Assembly: GCA_964603695.1 (NCBI GenBank)
Contig: CAZRXE010000825.1
Coordinates: 30,642 to 94,641 of the forward strand
DNA: 64,000 nt
Direction: 5' to 3'
From: an uncultured Heliomicrobium sp.
GTDB taxonomy: Bacteria > Acidobacteriota > Blastocatellia > RBC074
Shown here: positions 59,316-64,000 of the stretch, piece after piece
Layout of the letters: each line of letters begins with the position of its first letter
How positions within the stretch are numbered: the first letter of the stretch is position 1
The notes under the pieces: model-generated
The model's input: only the letters and a program-made list of their open reading frames with translations
Databases searched by the model: none
What the model was told of the DNA's origin: nothing
Program-made: the position numbers and the translations under genes

Positions 59316-61973
59316 ATGAAAAATCCATTGCTGCGCGGTTTGCGGCTCGTCTGGTCAAGCAACCGGATGGAGCGGGAAATGGAGGCCGAGGTGCGTTTTC
59401 ACCTCGAACGCGAAACCGAGGAAAACATCCGTCGGGGCATGTCGCCTGAAGCTGCGCGTGCGGCGGCCTTGCGTGCTTTCGGCGGAGTCGCGCAAGTCAA
59501 AGAAGAATGCCGTGATGCCCGCGGTGGGCGCTGGCTGCCTGATGTGTGGCAGGACGCGCGTTACGGCTGGACGATGCTGCGGCGCAATCCAGGCTTTGCG
59601 CTGGCGGCAGTACTGACGCTGGCGCTGGGCATCGGCGCGAATACAGCGATTTTCAGCGTAATTTACGGCGTGCTGTTGCGTCCGCTGCCTTATCAAAACG
59701 GTGAACGGCTGATTACGCTCAAACAGCAGGCGCCGCTCGCGGGCGTGGACGACATGCGGTTTTCGGTCAAGGAAATTGCCGACTATCGGGCGCAAACGCA
59801 GACGCTGGATGAACTCGTCGAATATCACGCGATGTCGTTTACGCTCTTTGGCCGCAGCGAACCGGAACGCATTCAGGCGGGCGTCGTTTCGGCGAATTTC
59901 TTTGACGTGCTCGGCGTACGCTCGAAACTGGGACGCGGCTTCGTGCCGAGCGATGAACAGCACGGCGCGGACGCTGTGCTGATTCTCAGTCACGAATATT
60001 GGCAGCGCAGTCATCACGGCGACCCGAGCATCGTGGGCAAGGTGTTTCAGATGAACAACCGCCCGCATACAGTCGTCGGCGTGCTACCGCCACTGCCGCA
60101 ATTTCCCGACAGCAACGATGTCTATATGGCGACTTCGGCATGTCCGAATCGTTCGGCGGAATCCTTCAAAGAAAATCGCAACGCGCGAATGATGGTCGTT
60201 TTCGGTCGGCTCAAACCCGGCGCGTCGGAAGCGCAGGCGCAAGCTGATTTGAGCCGCATCGCTGCGCAAGTCAAACAACAACATCCGGCGGCGTATCCGG
60301 ACAATCGCGGCTATCAACTGACGTCGGCTTCGTTGCGCGAAGCGTTGACGAAAGAGGCGCGACCTACGTTGTTGCTGCTGTTGGGCACGGCGGGCTTGGT
60401 ATTGCTGATTGCCTGCGCGAACGTCGCCAATCTGACGTTGGCGCGGCTGATGCGGCGCGAACGCGAACTGGCCGTGCGCGCGGCGCTGGGCGCGAGCCGT
60501 GGACGATTGGTGCGGCAGATGCTGACGGAAAGCGCGTTGCTCTCGCTGGCGGGTGGCGTTGTGGGCGTGCTGCTAGCAGCGCTAAGTTTGCACTTGTTGG
60601 TAGGTTTCGCCGCGCGCTTCACGCCGCGTGCGAGCGAGATCACGTTGGATGGCGCGGTATTGCTCTTCACGCTGCTGATTGCAACAGTGAGCGGCGCGGG
60701 CTTCGGACTCGCGCCCGCGTTGTCGCTCGGCAAGCAATTAACGGCGGCGTTCAAGGAAGGCGGACAAACCACTGCGAGCGGCGTGCGGCAACGGCTGCGC
60801 GGTGCGTTGGTCGTGGCACAAGTCGCGCTCTCTTTCGTGCTGCTGGTCGGCGCGGGCTTGATGTTGCGCAGCTTTTACAAACTGCAACAGGTCAGTCCGG
60901 GCTTTGATCCTGAACGTGTCGTCGTGATGCGGCTTAGCCCGAACTGGTCGAAGTACACGACGAATGAACAGTACCGCGATTTCGCGCTGCGCTTGCTCGA
61001 CCGCGTCAAACCGCTGCCCGGCGTGCTGACGGCGGCAGTGGCGAATAATTATCCGCTCAATCCGCAAGGCATTGCGCGCGGGCCGTTCAATCGCACTTTT
61101 CTCATCGAAGGCCAATCCGCCGCCGCGAGCGAACTTGCGCCGCAAGCCGATTTCCGTGTCGTCAGCCCGGACTATCTGAACACGCTGCGGTTGCCTTTGC
61201 TCAAAGGGCGTTTCATCACGGAAGCCGATCACGACAAGGCGGCGCGTGTCGCGGTCATCAATCAAACGCTGGCGCGTCATCGCTGGGGCAACGAAGACCC
61301 TGTCGGACGCCGCATCAGTTTTGACAACGGCGAACACTGGGCCACGGTTGTCGGCGTCATCGGCGATAGCCGCAATTACGGTTTGGAACATGAGGCGGTG
61401 GATGAAGTTTACACGCCCGTCGCGCAAACGAGCGGCGGCGGTTTCCTGTTGGTGCGCACGGCGGCGGAATCGCTCAGCGTTGTGCGCCAGTTGCGCGACG
61501 CGGTGTATGGGCTGGACGCCGAAACGGCGATTGACCATGTCCGTACGCTCGAAGAAGCGCGCAGCGACGCACTGGCTTCGCCGCGTTTAACAGCGTTGCT
61601 GCTGGGATTGTTCGCGCTGCTGGCGCAGGTCATCACGGCGACAGGGCTGGCGGGCGTGATGGCGCTGCTGGTCAATCAGCGTAAGCGCGAACTCGGCATA
61701 CGGCTGGCGCTGGGCGCTGCGCCGCGCGATGTGTTGCGGATGGTTTTGCGGCAGGGGCTGGCGCTGGTTGCTTGCGGCCTGGCGCTGGGCTTCGTGGGGG
61801 CGCTGGCGTTGCGGCGCGTGATGGCGGGCTTGCTGTTTGCGGTTGGGCCGGGCGACCCGCTGACGTGGCTGGGTGTTTCACTGGTCTTGACTTTGGTGGC
61901 GACGGTGGCGTGTTGGCTGCCCGCACGGCGTGTGACGTTGATTGACCCGTTGCAGGCTTTGCGCAGCGAGTAG
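59316..61973 (+). CDS. ADOP-family permease, paralog 5 (PadR-linked, with an N-terminal extension).
   Basis: '[69 protein letters not shown]'. C-terminal 'IDPLQALRSE'. Confidence 0.85.
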   Translation: MKNPLLRGLRLVWSSNRMEREMEAEVRFHLERETEENIRRGMSPEAARAAALRAFGGVAQVKEECRDARGGRWLPDVWQDARYGWTMLRRNPGFALAAVLTLALGIGANTAIFSVIYGVLLRPLPYQNGERLITLKQQAPLAGVDDMRFSVKEIADYRAQTQTLDELVEYHAMSFTLFGRSEPERIQAGVVSANFFDVLGVRSKLGRGFVPSDEQHGADAVLILSHEYWQRSHHGDPSIVGKVFQMNNRPHTVVGVLPPLPQFPDSNDVYMATSACPNRSAESFKENRNARMMVVFGRLKPGASEAQAQADLSRIAAQVKQQHPAAYPDNRGYQLTSASLREALTKEARPTLLLLLGTAGLVLLIACANVANLTLARLMRRERELAVRAALGASRGRLVRQMLTESALLSLAGGVVGVLLAALSLHLLVGFAARFTPRASEITLDGAVLLFTLLIATVSGAGFGLAPALSLGKQLTAAFKEGGQTTASGVRQRLRGALVVAQVALSFVLLVGAGLMLRSFYKLQQVSPGFDPERVVVMRLSPNWSKYTTNEQYRDFALRLLDRVKPLPGVLTAAVANNYPLNPQGIARGPFNRTFLIEGQSAAASELAPQADFRVVSPDYLNTLRLPLLKGRFITEADHDKAARVAVINQTLARHRWGNEDPVGRRISFDNGEHWATVVGVIGDSRNYGLEHEAVDEVYTPVAQTSGGGFLLVRTAAESLSVVRQLRDAVYGLDAETAIDHVRTLEEARSDALASPRLTALLLGLFALLAQVITATGLAGVMALLVNQRKRELGIRLALGAAPRDVLRMVLRQGLALVACGLALGFVGALALRRVMAGLLFAVGPGDPLTWLGVSLVLTLVATVACWLPARRVTLIDPLQALRSE

Positions 61974-62022
61974 GCGGTTGGTCAATTTTTTATCAATGCA
62001 AAATACAGAAGGAGAAAGAGTG

Positions 62023-63120
62023 ATGTGCAAATGGTTTTTATGCTGCTTCGTGCTGACGCTCGCACTGGCTGCCACTGTAAGCGCGCAGCAGATTGAAGAC
62101 GCTATCGAGGGGCTTGATCCTGTCTTGCTCGTGCAAGGCAAAGAAGAACAGGGCGAATTGAAGATCAACGCCACACGCGGCAGGTTCCGCTACCTGTTCA
62201 AGAACGAAGCGAATAAGGCCGCGTTTGAAAAAGACCCGGCGCGTTACGAAATCCAACTGGACGGCGCGTGCGCGCGGATGGGCCCGCCGGTGCGCGGCAT
62301 CGCTGATTTGTACGCAGTGCATAACGGGCACATCTACATTTTCGGCTCCGAGCAATGCAAGACGCTATTTGTCGCCACGCCGGAAAAGTATTTGCCGCCG
62401 GAGAACAAGCCGGTAAAGGTTACGCCGGAAGCGACGCAGAAAGGACAAGCTCTGCTCGACAAGGCCGTTGCGGCGCTGGGTGGCGCGGCCAGGATTGACG
62501 GACTGACCAGCTATCAGGAAACAAATACGACAACGCAGACGCGCGGCCAGCAGGGTGAAGTCGTCGTCAAGAACAACTTGCGCCTGGCTTGGCCGGAGCG
62601 CGCACGGCTGGAAGTCGAAATGCCTAGTTTCAACGACCCATCCGTGATGATGCGGTTGGTGACGGTGCTGGCCGCTGAATCCTTCGCCGTGAACAGCAGC
62701 GGCAAGACCTTTCCGCTCGCGGATGCGCAACGCGCTGAGCAGGAGCGGCAACTGCAAGGCAAGCCGCTCGCGTTGCTGCGCGGGCGCGCCGGTTTGCACG
62801 CTGCTTATCTCGGCACGGGCAAAGTGGGCGCAACGGCGGTCGAACAAGTCGCGGTCGAATTGGCGGGCACGCCCGCTACGCTGAGCTTTGAAGCTGCGAG
62901 CGGACGATTGCTGAGCTTGTCGTACCGGCGGCGCGGGCCGGTGGGCACTTACGGCGAGTTCATGCAAAGCTTTTCCGACTTTCGCGTGGTGGATGGGTTG
63001 ACGCTGCCGTTCAAAATCACGGCCACGTTCGACGGGCAGCCGTGGAAAGATCTGTCGTCCACTATCGAATCCATCAGCCTCAACGGCGCGATGGACGCGA
63101 AACTGTTTGAGAAACCGTAG
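62023..63120 (+). CDS. Secreted hypothetical protein. Function unassigned; the C-terminal half may be LolA-like.
   Basis: The ATG at 62023 follows 'AAGGAG'. Signal peptide 'MCKWFLCCFVLTLALAATVSA'. No catalytic motif recognised. Confidence 0.55.
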   Translation: MCKWFLCCFVLTLALAATVSAQQIEDAIEGLDPVLLVQGKEEQGELKINATRGRFRYLFKNEANKAAFEKDPARYEIQLDGACARMGPPVRGIADLYAVHNGHIYIFGSEQCKTLFVATPEKYLPPENKPVKVTPEATQKGQALLDKAVAALGGAARIDGLTSYQETNTTTQTRGQQGEVVVKNNLRLAWPERARLEVEMPSFNDPSVMMRLVTVLAAESFAVNSSGKTFPLADAQRAEQERQLQGKPLALLRGRAGLHAAYLGTGKVGATAVEQVAVELAGTPATLSFEAASGRLLSLSYRRRGPVGTYGEFMQSFSDFRVVDGLTLPFKITATFDGQPWKDLSSTIESISLNGAMDAKLFEKP

Positions 63121-63489
63121 GCGAAGCAATGAACCGAATTCCACTCATCATCTTTGCGCTGAGTTGACTGGTTGTTGCCACCGCAGCGCAAACGCCAACC
63201 GATTGAACGTAGTGTGACGGGCCGAACGGCAACTTTATGTTTGAAGCGAAATGACTGGCAACGGCCTGGCCTGAAACCGGCCCGCACCAAATGTGGAGCC
63301 GCGACCTGGGTGATGGCTATTCTGCGATCTCGGTCGAAAAAGACGTACTCTACACGATGTATCGCATTCCTGACCGGACTGGGCGGCGACGGCGCATTCC
63401 GCATCTTCTCTTTGACAACGAATAATTTGGTGATTGACCTGCTGGGCTGCTTCGCCCCTTAAAGAACGGAAGAGACAGTGGGATCAAAG

Positions 63490-63524
63490 CCTGGTACGCC
63501 GGTACAGCACCGCACGCGGCACTG
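63490..63524 (-). terminator. Candidate hairpin terminator downstream of the RND pump gene.
   Basis: 'CCGGTACAGCACCGCACGCGGCACTGTACCGG' forms a stem of 9 bp or more directly 3' of the minus-strand stop at 63548. Confidence 0.3.
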
Positions 63525-63547
63525 TACCGGCTGATTTGACTGCCTGA

Positions 63548-64000
63548 TTACACAGGCTGTTCGACCGGTTTGGATTCCTCCGTCAAACGGTGCGGCGGCA
63601 GCGACGGCAATGGCGATTGGTTTCCTTCAAACACCAGATAGAGCACAGGCAACACAATCAGCGTCAGAATAGTGGCCGAAACCAGTCCGCCGATAATCAC
63701 CACGGCCAGCGGTTTTTGCGTTTCTGAGCCGATGGCGTGCGACAGCGCCATTGGCAACAATCCAAGCATGGCCAGCATCGCCGTCATCAACACCGTGCGC
63801 AGCCTGACCAGTCCGCCTTTCAGCACGGCCTGATAAGGCGACAAGCCTTCGTCGCGCAGTTGATTGAAGTAACTGACCATGACCACGCCGTTGAGTACCG
63901 CCTGCCCAAAGAGCGCGATGAAGCCGATGGCCGCCGAAACGCTGAGGTGAATGCCCGTAAACATCAGCGCAAAGATTCCGCCAATCACTGCAAAAGGTAC
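63548..64000 (-). CDS. RND efflux transporter permease (AcrB/CusA-like). C-terminal portion only; the gene runs off the window.
   Basis: 'MIGGIFALMFTGIHLSVSAAIGFIALFGQAVLNGVVMVSYFNQLRDEG...LAVVIIGGLVSATILTLIVLPVLY' is the characteristic last TM bundle of RND pumps. Confidence 0.8.
   Translation of the reverse strand, partial: VPFAVIGGIFALMFTGIHLSVSAAIGFIALFGQAVLNGVVMVSYFNQLRDEGLSPYQAVLKGGLVRLRTVLMTAMLAMLGLLPMALSHAIGSETQKPLAVVIIGGLVSATILTLIVLPVLYLVFEGNQSPLPSLPPHRLTEESKPVEQPV

Noticed and set aside
47860-61973. A CRISPR array or other tandem DNA repeat was considered because of the highly repetitive look of 47.8-62 kb.
   Set aside because: The repetition is at the protein-family level (five roughly 800-aa ADOP paralogs, about 60-75% identical) with no short direct repeat / spacer periodicity. 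No cas genes are present.
63121-63489. Short ORF fragments with a beta-propeller-like peptide ('..GPHQMWSRDLGDGYSAISVEKDVLYTMYRI..') between the secreted protein gene and the RND gene.
   Set aside because: The fragment is interrupted by stops in all frames and is too short to assign. It is possibly another gene remnant, but the evidence is insufficient to annotate.

Overview
This 64 kb window has high GC (about 65-70%) and looks Acidobacteria-like; the tandem MacB/FtsX-type 'ADOP' orphan permeases support that. I see four modules.

1. Positions 1-6.7 kb: an SLH-anchored S8 protease, and a Dpp/Opp-like ABC uptake system (substrate-binding protein plus two permeases, no ATPase nearby).

2. Positions 6.8-37.5 kb: a unidirectional minus-strand polysaccharide (EPS) locus of about 31 kb. 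Wzy-like, Wza, Wzc, a Wzx-like flippase, many GT2/GT4 glycosyltransferases, acetyltransferases, an ATP-grasp ligase, inorganic pyrophosphatase and three Bac_transf-type sugar transferases are all on one strand, with repeated 4-bp start/stop overlaps. The locus is headed by a Vibrio syp-like partner-switching set (REC, then GAF-PP2C-kinase fusion, then STAS) and ends in an H-NOX plus hybrid histidine kinase pair.

3. Positions 38.0-41.9 kb: a second, divergently transcribed H-NOX (sGC-beta1-like) plus hybrid kinase. The kinase carries an N-terminal HNOBA (sGC-type H-NOX-associated) domain.

4. Positions 42.2-64 kb: an AAA ATPase and a transposase remnant, then a single-strand array of a secreted MBL hydrolase, a Kelch propeller, an esterase and four tandem ADOP permeases. 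After that come gene debris, a PadR regulator, a fifth ADOP, a secreted protein and the 3' end of an RND pump.

Several repeated or palindromic non-coding elements are reported. All functional calls come from motif recognition in the translated ORFs. No database search was run.
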